A DNA stretch of 64,000 nt from positions 348,573 to 412,572 of the forward strand of contig RDEW01000009.1 of NCBI GenBank assembly GCA_011109175.1, read 5' to 3'. Shown here one piece after another: positions 1 through 11,249 of the stretch (position 1 is the stretch's first letter; each line of letters starts with the position of its first letter). The stretch comes from Dicyema japonicum (lineage: Eukaryota; Animalia; Dicyemida). The notes beneath the pieces were generated by a model that saw only the letters and a list, made by a program, of their open reading frames with translations, was not told the DNA's origin and did not search any database. A program made the translations under genes and the position numbers.

Positions 1-324
1 TCGAATTGAATGCTCCTTTTTTGAAAGAAGTTCAGCAATTTCAACTTTTGTATCGTAGTTTAAGCCCATAAAAGGTGTAGATAACTTTAAGACAAGCAAA
101 AAAATGAACAAAAATCTGCACGTGATTTAAAAATTAATTGTAGTAAAATATAAAAACTGTAAAATTTAATTTTAAATTAAAATAAATATTAATGTTCCAA
201 AACGAGGTTTCTGTAAGGATTTATTAATTTTCTAATAAAATTTTCGAAGTGTTCCAAATCCCGAGGGTGTATCAAAAACAGAAGTGTTCCACCCTCGAGT
301 CCGTTCCAAAAAGAGGTTATACTG
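1..324 (-). mobile_element. 5' end of a pogo/Tigger DNA transposon running off the left edge
   Basis: Minus strand reads TA+CAGTATAACCTCTTTTTGGAAC (pogo-type TIR ending at 324, TA at 325-326). Subterminal GTTCCAAA repeats follow, then an ORF start MGLNYDTKVEIAELLSKKEHSIR resembling an HTH. Confidence 0.7.
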
Positions 325-455
325 TATCTAGAAAATGCGGGGAATCTATGGAGAATGAGACCGTCCCGTTTTTTACCAATTCTGTTTGATCTTCGAAAAC
401 CCAGAACGAAAGCCAGAACCCAGAAAACAGTGATCACTTAGTTAGTAGTTAACTT

Positions 456-1140
456 TTAACTTTTTCTAATTCGGTGATCTTGGGGCAAAAAAGGAAAAAA
501 AAGCTGTTCACGTACATATGTCGAACCAAACATAACAATGATTTTTGTCGCAAACTTATGAAAAGAAAGCAGATATTCCAACCTCAAAATATTTATCTTT
601 AAGTACAAAATCTGATTGGATTTCCAATAGTTCCATTTGTAAGCTTTCATCTGCATTGGAAACATTAAAAGAGAATTGTGCTGTGAATAATAAATGTTGT
701 TCAAAAGACGAGAAATCATTAAATTTTTTTTCGAAATTCCTTTAACAACGATTCTAGCTGTTTTTCATACTTGAAAAAATTCATTGCAGTATGTGCACCA
801 ACAGTACTCCTTAGCTCTTTGAACGTAGGAAAATGAACTTAATCTTCATTAATAGCTGAGACTTCCATAATTTCAAATTCAAAAGACATTTCAATAATTT
901 GTGCGACAACAGTGTCTCTGGTTAACAAATAATTTTCTCTGTTTTTACAAGGCATTGCTTGATGCAATCACCATCGAAATATGATTTTCCATTCATTGCA
1001 AAAATTCTGCTGATTTCATAGCTTTCATTAACTGATGCAGTATTTCGATTATGAATTTTATCTGAATTGAGTCTTTAACGCAGTTAAATTTTTTCGCAAT
1101 TCATTTAGCTTTGAAACATGTATTGGACCTTCTTAGTTAA
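456..1140 (-). mobile_element. hAT (Buster/SPIN, GTF2IRD2-like) transposase C-terminal relic
   Basis: ORF 456-719 contains FHKFATKIIVMFGSTYVREQLF, the Buster/SPIN dimerisation-domain motif; degraded. Confidence 0.75.
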
Positions 1141-1410
1141 TAAGTAACTTAATACCTTCGAAATACAGTACGACCCCGCCCAATAAAACCCCGGCCTTGG
1201 GGCACCCTCTATTTAAGGGAGATTTTTTTAATAAATATTATTTTGAATGATTTTTTACATTTTTTGACCAATAGGAAGCCTAAATTTAAAATACAAAATT
1301 CCACTTATTGGGGGCACTTTTTCAATCGATAATATTAAAATTTTAAAATATTTTTAAGCATGAAGCTTAGTGAAACAGAAGATTTCCAATTCTTTAATAA
1401 AAAGAAAATA

Positions 1411-3571
1411 CAGTAAACTCTCCCAAATTTGCCATTTTTGGTTCCAGCATTTTTTGCGGCAAATTTGGGAATTGGCAAATTTTAGAATTTAATCGATAAT
1501 TTTAAAATTGTTATTGGGTGACTTCTCATTGATGAAAATAACTAAATTTTATTTTATTAGAGAAAAAAATTATTTAAAAAATGAAGTATTAAATTTTATC
1601 GAAATAAATTAAATTCCCATTTGCTTCTTTTTTATATTTCTAAATCTTCTACTGCGTAATTAATTGGTTTAAGTTTTCTGCTTGCTTGTCTGTTCCTCCT
1701 CTCTCTTTCTAATAGAGTGGCGTCATGTGATCCACCTGTCTAGGTGACGCCCAGTGCAAGGCCGGCATGAAAAAGGATCATTTGCTCTTCCCCACTCCAC
1801 TGGAGGGGTTTCCACAACTGCATGTAATGGACGTCTTACCCTTTATGCTGATTCCGGATGGACTCTGTTTCTGTAGAAGTAGAAACTGGATACACTTAAT
1901 TAGTTGTTTACTTTAACTTCTTTCTCGTGTCTCCGGGGTTAATAAATAAATAAATAGATGTAATAAGGACGACGTCCTTTCGTATTCAACGTTCTCAAGA
2001 AGATCCTTTTCAATTTCGCTTAACTTGGAAGCTATTTTATTCTTTTTAGGGGTTTCAATTCAGTAGTTTCTTCATGGATGATTATTTCATTATCATCAAT
2101 TAATGATGTTATTTTTTTCTTCATCTATTGCATTTTTTCCGAATAATTTTTAGACATAAATTATTCGATTTCAATCGGATTGTGAAAATCCGTATTAGAT
2201 AATATTTTTTTATGTTCACATTACTAAAGGTGTGCTAGTACCCGATTTTTTAGAATTTGAAAACAATTTTTGATTGTTTTAGGGGATCCATCTTCCCAGG
2301 CCATTTTTTATAAAATAGAACATTGTTTTAAGGTTCAAATTTTTATATGATTCATATACTGACATGATTCTTTTTCCAATAATCCACTAAGAAACTCCAA
2401 TTTGTGTCTATTAAAGTGGACTTGAATGTTTTAATAATTCCCAAATCCATTGGCTGAATTATTCCTGTAGCATTTTAAGGAAAGAACATTATTATAATAT
2501 TTTCCAAATTAGATGGTAAATAATGAGAAGGACAATTATCTATAAGGACAAAATTGATTTCTTCTCTGCCTCAAAAGGTTATCGAAATTTATCATCCAGT
2601 TAATAAAAATAAATCCGGTCATCCATATTCTTTTGGGAACTGTAATACGAAACAGAACACCGATCATCATATTTTTTTAAAACATCTTGGCATTTTTGAT
2701 TTTCCAATCAATAAAGGCTTTAATTTATGATTTCCAGACATAATTGTGAATAACATCACAGATATTTTATCTTTGAAGTTCTTGTATCCTCCGAACAGAG
2801 TCTTGCAGATACTTCTGGATAGAATAACTTTGTAAAGGTCCCAGTTTCATCCAGGTTATAAATCTGATCACAGGTATATGACTTTGAAACTTTTTTGAAA
2901 TTCTTTGAGAAACCCTTCAATATCGACACTTTCTTAGTGCACATTTTCCCATGTAATTTCCTCATAAGAAATCCATGTCTTTTCTTAAATTTGGATAAAA
3001 ATCAAAAAGAGTTTTTGAAATAGTCGTGAGGAAGTTGATTAACGAAGAATTCTGTTTTACTAAATATTAATGAATCGTTCAACAATGCACCTTAAAATTT
3101 AAAAACAGTATATTACCTTTTGATTCTATCGAATCCATCCGCTCAACAAGCTTTTCATCAAGTTGCGGGAACTTTAACTTTTTGACTGTTTTTGTTGAGG
3201 AATTTTTAGTTTTTTTAATTGTTCCAAACTAGACTCACGGCTCTTTAAGATAGCGTTAACTGTCCTCCGGCAAATGTTCACTTTAAACAAAAAGAAAATT
3301 TATTGGCGATTCTTTGGCATGATAATAAAATTTTGTCGCCCTTATAACGCAGTATTTGCACTTTTTGTTTGATAGTGAGTTTTTTTTTATCGACCACTAG
3401 AATCACAACGAGACATGCTACTTGAATAAAGTTTTATTGTTTTAATTTTCAGTATTTTAATAACTTTAAAAAATTCTGGCAAATTTCGGAATTGGCAAAT
3501 TTCCACTAAAATTAGAATATTTATTTAAAAAATGGCAAATCTGAGAATTGGCAAATTAAAAGAGTTTACTG
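1411..3571 (-). mobile_element. pogo/Tigger element B nested in element A
   Basis: TIRs CAGTAAACTCTCCCAAATTTGCCA / TGGCAAATTAAAAGAGTTTACTG with TA TSDs at 1409-1410 and 3572-3573. Minus-strand DDE relic QIYNLDETG. Confidence 0.85.
1658..1952 (+). mobile_element. short retroelement (LINE 3' end or SINE-like) inserted in element B
   Basis: Homologous to 5689-5853 and 53689-54003; ends GGGGTT(AATA)n. Confidence 0.75.
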
Positions 3572-4495
3572 TATGTCAGAAAGAAAAATTTGTCAATTAT
3601 ACAATATTGGAAAAGGAACTGTCTCACGAATTAAAAAAGATATCGGAAAAAATTTTTCAAAAAGACAAATATGCTCTGATAAACTCTCATCTAAGAACTT
3701 CGAATCAGATCTTTCTATTCGAATTGATCGATTAGTTTTCGAAGTCTTTAAAAATTTGAGAGAGGATGGTATTTTTTTCAGGATTTCTCCACACAACTAT
3801 TGCAAAAAAATGCAGCTAATCTTGACTTCAATGATTTCAAAGCATCAAATGGATGGTTGGATCGATTTAAAAAACGCCATGAATTATTCAAGTAATTTCG
3901 GGTGAAAGAACTCATGTGACAGAAATAAAGTCGAAGATTTTTTTAACGATTACGACAATTTATTTGATAAATACGTGAAAAAAGATTTTTAACTGAGACG
4001 AAACCTCTCTTTTGTAAAAAAAATTCATGTAATTCATTTGTCTCTTCAAATGATGATTGTTTTGGTAAAACGAAAAGCAAAGAACGAGTTTCAGTTCTTT
4101 TATGCTGCAGTCTTGAAGGTGAGAAATTAAAGCCCTTTGTTATCGGGAAATTTAAATTACCAAGATGCTTAAAAATATAAAACTGAAGATTATAGGGTAT
4201 ATTTTATTAGGTTACTTTTAGGTTTTGTACACAGCGTCAGAATTGCTTGGATGATGACTGATATTTTTGATAAATGGTTATAAAAAAATAAACTTTGAAA
4301 TGGTACAAAAAACAGAAAAATTTTGATTCTTATGGGTAATGAACCGAATTTCTAAGAATTTAGGAATTTCTTAAATTTCCTAAAAATCTTTATTCAATAC
4401 TTGCCCTGAAAGGCTCAATAATACTATGAATTCAGAATAAAAATTTTAAAGATTCTAAGAAATAAGTATAATACTGGGTTCAAAATAACTGATTA

Positions 4496-6381
4496 CAGTC
4501 CGACCCCGAATTGGGGCACCAAGTGCTCCAAAAAGCGGGGGTGCCCAAAAACAGGGGTTTAATAAAACAAAGATTTTAAACATCAAAAATCAATTTTAGA
4601 AAAATAATCAGTTAATTTATCTTCAGTTATCCTTTTACTTCTTACATTTTTCATAAAATTAAGTCGAAAATCGTAAAATTCTTTGAGCATTTCAGAAATT
4701 TTCTTCTCTAACTGATCATGAGAATCTTTCGTTTCTTTTAGAATTGTTTCCATGTTATCGCTTTTTAAACCTTCGTTGTAAATATTATCAACGAATTCGT
4801 CACTTTCCCCATTCAATGTTTCGTTTACGGCATTGTTGATCATTTCTTCTGTAATGGTATCTTTAATTTTTACGGAATCACGAATCTTTTCAATTTGATT
4901 CCAACAATTAAATATTAAACTTGGATCAAGTTTTTCCCAGCTTTTAGAAATTAGCAGAATTACATGACTAAGGTTAATTTTGTTTATCAACCGTTTGAAT
5001 TCATCATCATCCTCCTCAAAATACAAATACTGAATCAGATAATTTGAGTAATAATCTTTAAAGGTCTTGATAATTCCCATATCCAATGGTTGCAAATACG
5101 GTGTTGTATTTTTTGGCAAAAAAAAAATAACAAACTCAATATTTGAGCATTCAATAGTTTTATGACATCCCGCATTATCAAGCAATATTAATACTTTTCT
5201 GTTGATTGTATAAAATCTTTCATTTATCCTAGTCAACCAGCTCATAAAAATATTTTCAGTCATCCATGCATTTTTAGAGGATGAATATGAAATTCCAAAA
5301 TCTTTCACATTGAAATTTTTGAGACATCGAGAATTTTTTAAATTTTCCAACAATCAATGGCTCAAGTTTTTCCCCATGGAATTGCAACAAAGAAGTACAG
5401 TGACTCTTTCTTTTCCCTGTTTAAAGCCAAAAGTATCGTCATTTACTCTGACAAACGACTTTCGTGGAGTCCTTTTTATATAAAGAGCAGTTTCATCACA
5501 ATTAAAAACATTTTGTCTTCCATATTGAATAATTTTCTCGTCAAGAATTTTAAAAAACTCATTGATGTAAGTCAAGTCACATGAATTTTTTCTCACAAAT
5601 TGATTTAAATTTCAGTTCATGTCGCTTTTTAAATCTGTCAAGCCAGCCGTTTGAAGCTTTGAAAGTATCAAATCCAACTTTTGAAGCCTCCCCACTCCAC
5701 TGGAAAGGTTTCCACAACTGCAACTATGGACGTCTTACCCTTTATGCTGATTCCGGATGGACTCTCTGTAGAAGTGGAAACTGGATACATTTAATTAGTT
5801 GTTTACTTTAACTTCTTTCTCGATGTATCCGGGTTATTAAATTAAATTTAAATTTTTGAAGCCGTATATAAGGCAATTTTCTTTATGAAAGGACCTGATA
5901 TTGGAACCTTATCTTCGCTTAGTTTCTGAAATTTTTCAAAAACTTGATCATCGAATTTAGATTTCTCACAATAAGGCATAGGATCCTCATCCGTGTTTAC
6001 AGTTCCTTGTTCAAGAAAAGGTACAATTGTTTTTTTATTCGCGAAATCATGCCTTTACTAGTTTTGTACTTTTTAATTATCTGTCTTTCAGATAATTTGT
6101 TCTTCAATATCAATTTAGCAATCGTTAATCTTGTTTCGTAGTTGATAACCATTCACAACAAAAAATGTAACTAAACGTGTAAATTAAAATTATATAATTA
6201 TTAATAAAATATAATTTTATTTACTTATAATTTCATTCCCTAAAATTTTATAGTGCCCCAAAATTTCCATATTTTTTATCGATTTTCCATTTTACTCTGC
6301 CAAAATGTTGGCCAAAAAAAAATGCCCCAAAATGCGGGGGTGCCCCACCCCTGGGGTCTGCCCCAATTCGGGGTCGGACTG
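4496..6381 (-). mobile_element. pogo/Tigger element C nested in element A, the least decayed copy
   Basis: Perfect 23-bp TIR CAGTCCGACCCCGAATTGGGGCA with TA TSDs. ORFs 5354-5596 (NVFNCDETALY, KERVTVLLCCN) and 4583-5353 (LLDNAGCH, PKNTTPYLQPLDMGII) are a CENP-B/DDE_1 type transposase. Confidence 0.92.
5689..5853 (+). mobile_element. 5'-truncated copy of the same short retroelement, inserted in element C
   Basis: 10-bp TSD TTTTGAAGCC at 5679-5688 and 5854-5863; AT-rich tail; interrupts the transposase. Confidence 0.85.
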
Positions 6382-6744
6382 TATTTCTCATAAAATAAAT
6401 TAAATCCTCTTTTTTATCGAAACAACATATTTTGTTATTAAAAAATACAAATAATAGTTTTAAAATGTAATAATTATATAACACCCCACTTTATTTAACA
6501 AACAATAAAAAAAGTTAATATATTTAATCAACAACCTTCCTCGCCTGCCTGTTCGCCAGCCTCCTCAGGCAGGTTCGATTCTGGTTGCTGAAACAACTCC
6601 GAGAGCGCTTTGTCTAATTGAACCCTCTGCCCATATGGCATCTCAGGGCTCTGCCTCCTATACTCTATAAATTATATATACCCTTTATATTGGGGCACTT
6701 TTCTATTGGGGCGGAGTCGTACTGTAATTGTATGATCGATCGAT

Positions 6745-6900
6745 GATTAGATTATTATTATCAGCACTGCCGAGAACACATAAAAAAACAAAAGTCAATT
6801 AAGGTTCCCTTGTGCCGCGCCGGCCACTTTTTGCACCAATCGCATCCAAAGGCCTCTCTCCGTTTCGCAAGATCTCTTAGTTCATCGAGGTCATCCATTG
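6745..6900 (-). mobile_element. RTE-like LINE 3' end
   Basis: Minus strand reads MDDLDELRDLAKRRE, then a short UTR and (ATA)n tail. Confidence 0.5.
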
Positions 6901-6929
6901 TTTTCAACTCCCTGCCTGATGATTAGATT

Positions 6930-7235
6930 GGTAATGCCTTTTTACATTGTATTCTTTCGGTATAGCGATAAACTGGTTACATATCAAACAATGTATTTTT
7001 CCATCAACAGTTGTACAAAAATAGGGAAGTTACAATTAATCTTGAATCATGTTCATCGTTAAACACTGTTTCTTAGTTCCACAAGAAGCACGTGACATTG
7101 AAAAACAAGATTTACAAATACTATTAAGAAAAATTTAATTAAATGTAAAAAAATAACAAAATGATTTTTGTGTTTTATAGCCATTAAATCAATCCAGAGT
7201 AAAGTTTCTCAAGGTCCGCATGTTTGACACCCCTG
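6930..7235 (-). mobile_element. hAT (Buster/SPIN) left end and BED-finger N-terminus, probably the same element as 456-1140
   Basis: TIR CAGGGGTGTCAAAC on minus ends at 7235. Flank AGTTAGAC (7236-7243) fits the nnnTAnnn TSD. Minus-strand translation is PYFCTTVDGKIHCLICNQFIAIPKEYNVKRHY. Confidence 0.8.
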
Positions 7236-7454
7236 AGTTAGACTGAATTATCGAACGTTGTTAATGATACTACTACTTGTTTTTTAAGACTTAACAATGC
7301 TAAAAAAGCCACATTTAAGTGAGTACTAGACCAAATCAATAAGACACTAAAAACCAAAGATTCTCATATAAAAAATCCTAAACTAATGGTATAATATAAT
7401 AAAACAAAACATAAATCAAAGAACGAAAACGAAACAAAAAAACGAAAGTGATAA

Positions 7455-7727
7455 TTAATCGTTAGCGGAATTAATTTCAGCCTGAGTGTGATCAATCATT
7501 TCATTGATATTCTGTTCCATCACATCAATTCTATCTCCCATTTGTTCGACTAACATGCACAAAAATATTACTTTTTGCAAGTATATCATCGGACATCGTC
7601 AAGAATTTAGCCTGTAGATTCGCCAAGAGTTCTTGGATCTGACATATCATATCAATCTTACTTCTTCAGCATCTTCAGTAGCTTTACGGGCTTCATAATC
7701 AATGTCGGACTGATTAGTAACGTTCAT
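7455..7727 (-). CDS. HSBP1: heat shock factor-binding protein 1, paralog a (3 exons, 75 aa)
   Basis: GT-AG introns of 23 and 22 nt give MNVTNQSDIDYEARKATEDAEEIQELLANLQAKFLTMSDDILAKIEQMGDRIDVMEQNINEMI...; this matches the HSBP1 KFQTMSD..I..RIDDLE.NI motif. Confidence 0.88.
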
Positions 7728-8478
7728 CAATACTACACTATTATTTAGTTATTTAAATTATTTTTAATATTTTGAGATGTTATTAAATTATTTATTAATA
7801 TTGTAATTTTTGTTATATGATGATTATAAATGGATAATTTTTTAAAATATTCGAATTGGTTTTTAAGATTTTTGGAAAATTTCTTGTTCAAGTACTGATA
7901 TCTTTATTAATTTTATGTACACTATTTAATCAGCCTCTAAAGTCGAGATTCAAGTAAACATGTTTTTTAGCGAATCTTTTCTCATTTACCTGAGACAACA
8001 AAAACTCAACTAACTAAGAAACAGGAGTCTTCTTACAATCATATATTTAATATATTTATATTCTAAAAACATTAAGTACAATAAAAGGCAACTCTCTAAT
8101 AATCCTTCTAGAGAAGAATGGGGCGGGTACAAGAATACGATGCTAATTTTATACACAGAGAAAATATTTAATGTTTAAGCGCAGATTAAGTGTATCGAGT
8201 TTGCACGATCGTCAACAGTGACAACTTCCATCAAGGTCACGTTTGAGTCTATCCAGAACCGGAAAAAAATGAAGAAAAACAGCCAGTTGATAGTAACTAT
8301 GACATCACCTAATGATCAGCATTTTAATTATTTTCTTAGGTGAAAAGTCTGCCTGGACAGGTTGACATGATACCAAATCAGTATCAGAATAACAAAGAAA
8401 ATAATATTTGAATCGAACATGTAGTGGCATGCTAGTACATGACACCAGACCGCTAAACTATCTGATCAGATATTTATT

Positions 8479-8700
8479 ATTATTATTATTATTATTAACC
8501 CACTGTAACGGAACACAATCCTTCCAATGTCACAAAAGTTCATCAATAACTAGGAAAAAGTAGAACATATCTATTTTTTGCTGTTGTGTGAATCCCTCAG
8601 ATAGAATGCGGAAGAGCAAATGAATTTTTTTCGCACCAAAGGTGGATCACGTCACTATATTGGAAACGGGACGAAGAGGAACAAATCTTTAATTGAATAG
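8479..8700 (-). mobile_element. diverged copy of the short retroelement module
   Basis: Minus strand GTGATCCACC...AAAATTCATTTGCTCTTCC...CACAAC, ending GGGTT(AAT)n. Confidence 0.6.
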
Positions 8701-8899
8701 GCACATAGCTTCCAAATAATCTTTGAGGAATTATTATAAATGAATTATCCATATTTTAATACAAGTAATTTACCGATAAAGTTAGACATTCACAATATAA
8801 ACAAAAATGTTTACAATATTCTAAAATAAGTCGAAAATATAAAGGTAATTTTAAAGCATTCAGGCCTGAAAAATTCAGACAGCCGTTTTGTACGTTCAT

Positions 8900-9015
8900 G
8901 CGCGGGCACGAAGGAAGAACGACGGGCAAAGATGAGGTCTTTGTTAAAATGCATCGGTATCACGTGATAATTAGTTTTTGTTTTACTGGTGGTCTTGGGT
9001 TAAATAAATTAAAAA
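8900..9015 (+). mobile_element. LINE ORF2 C-terminus with short 3' UTR
   Basis: EERRAKMRSLLKCIGIT* resembles EEHREKMRRLVKESGIT* at ~52450-52507. It is followed by TAATTAG...GGGTTAAATAAA, the tail shared with the short module. Confidence 0.6.
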
Positions 9016-9479
9016 AAGCAGAAGATATCAAATTGTGAAAACTCTGAAGATTGTTATCAGGAACTCCTCAGTTTGCCATGTGTGTGGCAAAAGCAACGAA
9101 GGAAGTGGAGTGTTTTCTGTTCTACGTGCAATGAATTCTTCCATATTAGCTGAGAAAGACTAACTAAAGTCGCAGTGAAATGCCTTTCTCAATAGAACCG
9201 CCGCAGTTGTCTGACTCACGGGAAAATCAAGCCCTCTCTTCATTGTGCACGTACGGAGGCCTCTATGCCTCCCATGCAACAGGAAGTAAATCAGAAACAT
9301 TATCTTCTTAAATTCTTCAAATCGCGGAAATCCAAGAAAACACCCCATACCTTCTGAAGGTAAACAAAAGTTCAACATTTCTTCGAAAATTAAGAACATT
9401 CAAACTATTTATGAACACAAATTTAACATTCAGGCCCACAATTATGTAAACCCACAGCCAAACCACCGCCCAATCCTGA

Positions 9480-10615
9480 TAAACTCAAAGGGTGAATCGA
9501 AAACTTCCCGAAGATGATATCTGAGCAGCTTTACTGGTGGTTGCTTCGGACGATACAGTTTATTCCTCGTCTCCGACTGTTCTTGAGACGCTAAGAAGGT
9601 GACATCCAAACCTTCCGGAAGACCTATGCATATCTAATACTCTTGAAACCGCTCTGAAGATATCTATCGACGAAAAAGATGTGCGACTCGGGATTGCATC
9701 GTTTGCTTCCAGTAGCTGCGAAAGACTGGATGGACTGCGTTCGGGCTATATCAGGGATCTGACGTCTGGTCCTACAGCAAAGCCTCGACATAATTTCGTC
9801 AAGTCGATCACTAATCTTATCTACCTTATAATCAATGAGGATATCCATCACATGCACGAGACCTTCTCTTTTCTGTCAACTTAATGGATATTCCATCACA
9901 TGCACGAGACCTTCTCTTTTCTGCCAACTTAATGGATATTCCATCACATGCACGAGACCTCTCTTTTCTGCCGTCCCATTACAGATGGCAGCTATTTCCG
10001 AAGATTGGCTGCGAAAATAGCTTCCAGGCTTGTCTCTCTGAGAATCAGTCAAGAATTATCCCCAATCAAACTACGGGTAGGCTTACGTAACGGATGCGAA
10101 GTCTCAGTGCACGAGGTGTTTCTTCTCACAAGAAAACCAAAATAATCCATGTCTGGAATTGAAGCAGGACATTACTAAGGTCTTCAATTCGTTAAGGAGA
10201 GACCCGTATGATTCAAGTATGCATTAAGCGAGCACATGAGTTTATTCCCATTGTCAATCTTTCACACGATCAAACTCCTCTCTGGTTTTTCGGGGATGAG
10301 ATCACCAAGTCACAGTCAGGAGTACAACAAGGAGACACATTAGGACCACTCCTCTTTGGATTGACGATCGATCAAGTCGTTCGCTCCGTCGATACTGAAT
10401 TCAACCTCTAGTATCTCGATGACGGAACAATTGGAGGGACATGGAGGAATGTCTATAACAGTCTATCCACTGGGTACCTGCCTTACATGATCTCGGCTTT
10501 GAGGTCAACATAAAAAAAATTGGAGCTCTTCAATATTATATACCTGGAAAACAATTTCCTCCACGTGGCAAGAATATTTAACAGTCTATCACCGTGCATA
10601 TCCATCGCCTCTTGA
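9480..10615 (+). mobile_element. CRE-clade non-LTR retrotransposon RT relic
   Basis: DGLRSGYIRDL, GVQQGDTLGPLLF and NL*YLDDGTIGG motifs; premature TAG at 10409-10411. Confidence 0.8.
9841..9972. repeat. ~48-bp tandem repeat, about 2.8 copies, inside the CRE relic
   Basis: Unit ATATTCCATCACATGCACGAGACCTTCTCTTTTCTGCCAACTTAATGG. Confidence 0.9.
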
Positions 10616-10619
10616 GATA

Positions 10620-10985
10620 AGATGATTAGTCACTCTTGTAACCTTATCATCATAGTTATCAACTCTTAGCCCATGTATATGCTCGATTATCGTGCTCTCT
10701 AAAGTTTTTTTGTGTACGCCCTTGTAGAGACATCCACGTTGAGTCTTTCCATATAGGACTTGTAGCATTTTGTTACTACTCCATCACATGTCAAAACAAT
10801 CGGAATTATTGTCACATTGACCTTGTGCACTTGTGCTAGTTCTCCTGCCAGAAGGTCGTATTTGTGGAGTTTTTCTACTTCAACATGTTTTAGCAGATCT
10901 TGGAAAGTGATCCCTACTTCTATTAGAATTATTTCGTTTTTGGATATATCGTGTACGAACATACCAGGTTTGTTATTTTTAACTT
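10620..10985 (-). mobile_element. R4/Dong-like restriction-like endonuclease domain relic
   Basis: KPGMFVHDISKNEIILIEVGITFQDLLKHVEVEKLHKYDLLA...IIPIVLTCDG (PD..D-E-x-K/Y type RLE). Confidence 0.7.
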
Positions 10986-11249
10986 ATGCACTGCGCCACC
11001 CGGCCACTAAATTAAAAATGAATTATTTATTTAGAACCCCGGTATCACCGAAAAAGAAGGACAGAAAAACGTCAGACAGTCAGGTAATCTCAGTTCCCGC
11101 AACGTCTGTGGTCTCCCATTGATACCATTATAGTTCGCATGTGTTGTGGGGTGGCATTAAATCCAAATGGTGGTGGACCTTCCAGGACGAAAGCCATGTT
11201 GAAAAGCCGCTTTAGGGAGGTCCGGAGTAATGGCAGATATTATCAGTTT

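Larger units (their letters stand above)
1166..6724 (+). mobile_element. pogo/Tigger element A (outer host of the nest)
   Basis: TIRs CAGTACGACCCCGCCCAATA / TATTGGGGCGGAGTCGTACTG with TA on both sides. Transposase starts near 1360 and resumes at 3573 (SERKICQLYNIGKGTVSRIKK; DET; KERVSVLLCCSLEGEKLKPFVIGK); frameshifted. Confidence 0.85.

Noticed and set aside
1762-1771. GGCCGGCATG, matching the first bases of the HDV genomic ribozyme, conserved in module copies
   Set aside because: No complementary P1 3' strand, P3/L3 or P1.1 downstream; the double pseudoknot cannot be built.
9841-9972. CRISPR-like repeat array
   Set aside because: Contiguous tandem units without unique spacers, in eukaryotic context, with no cas genes.
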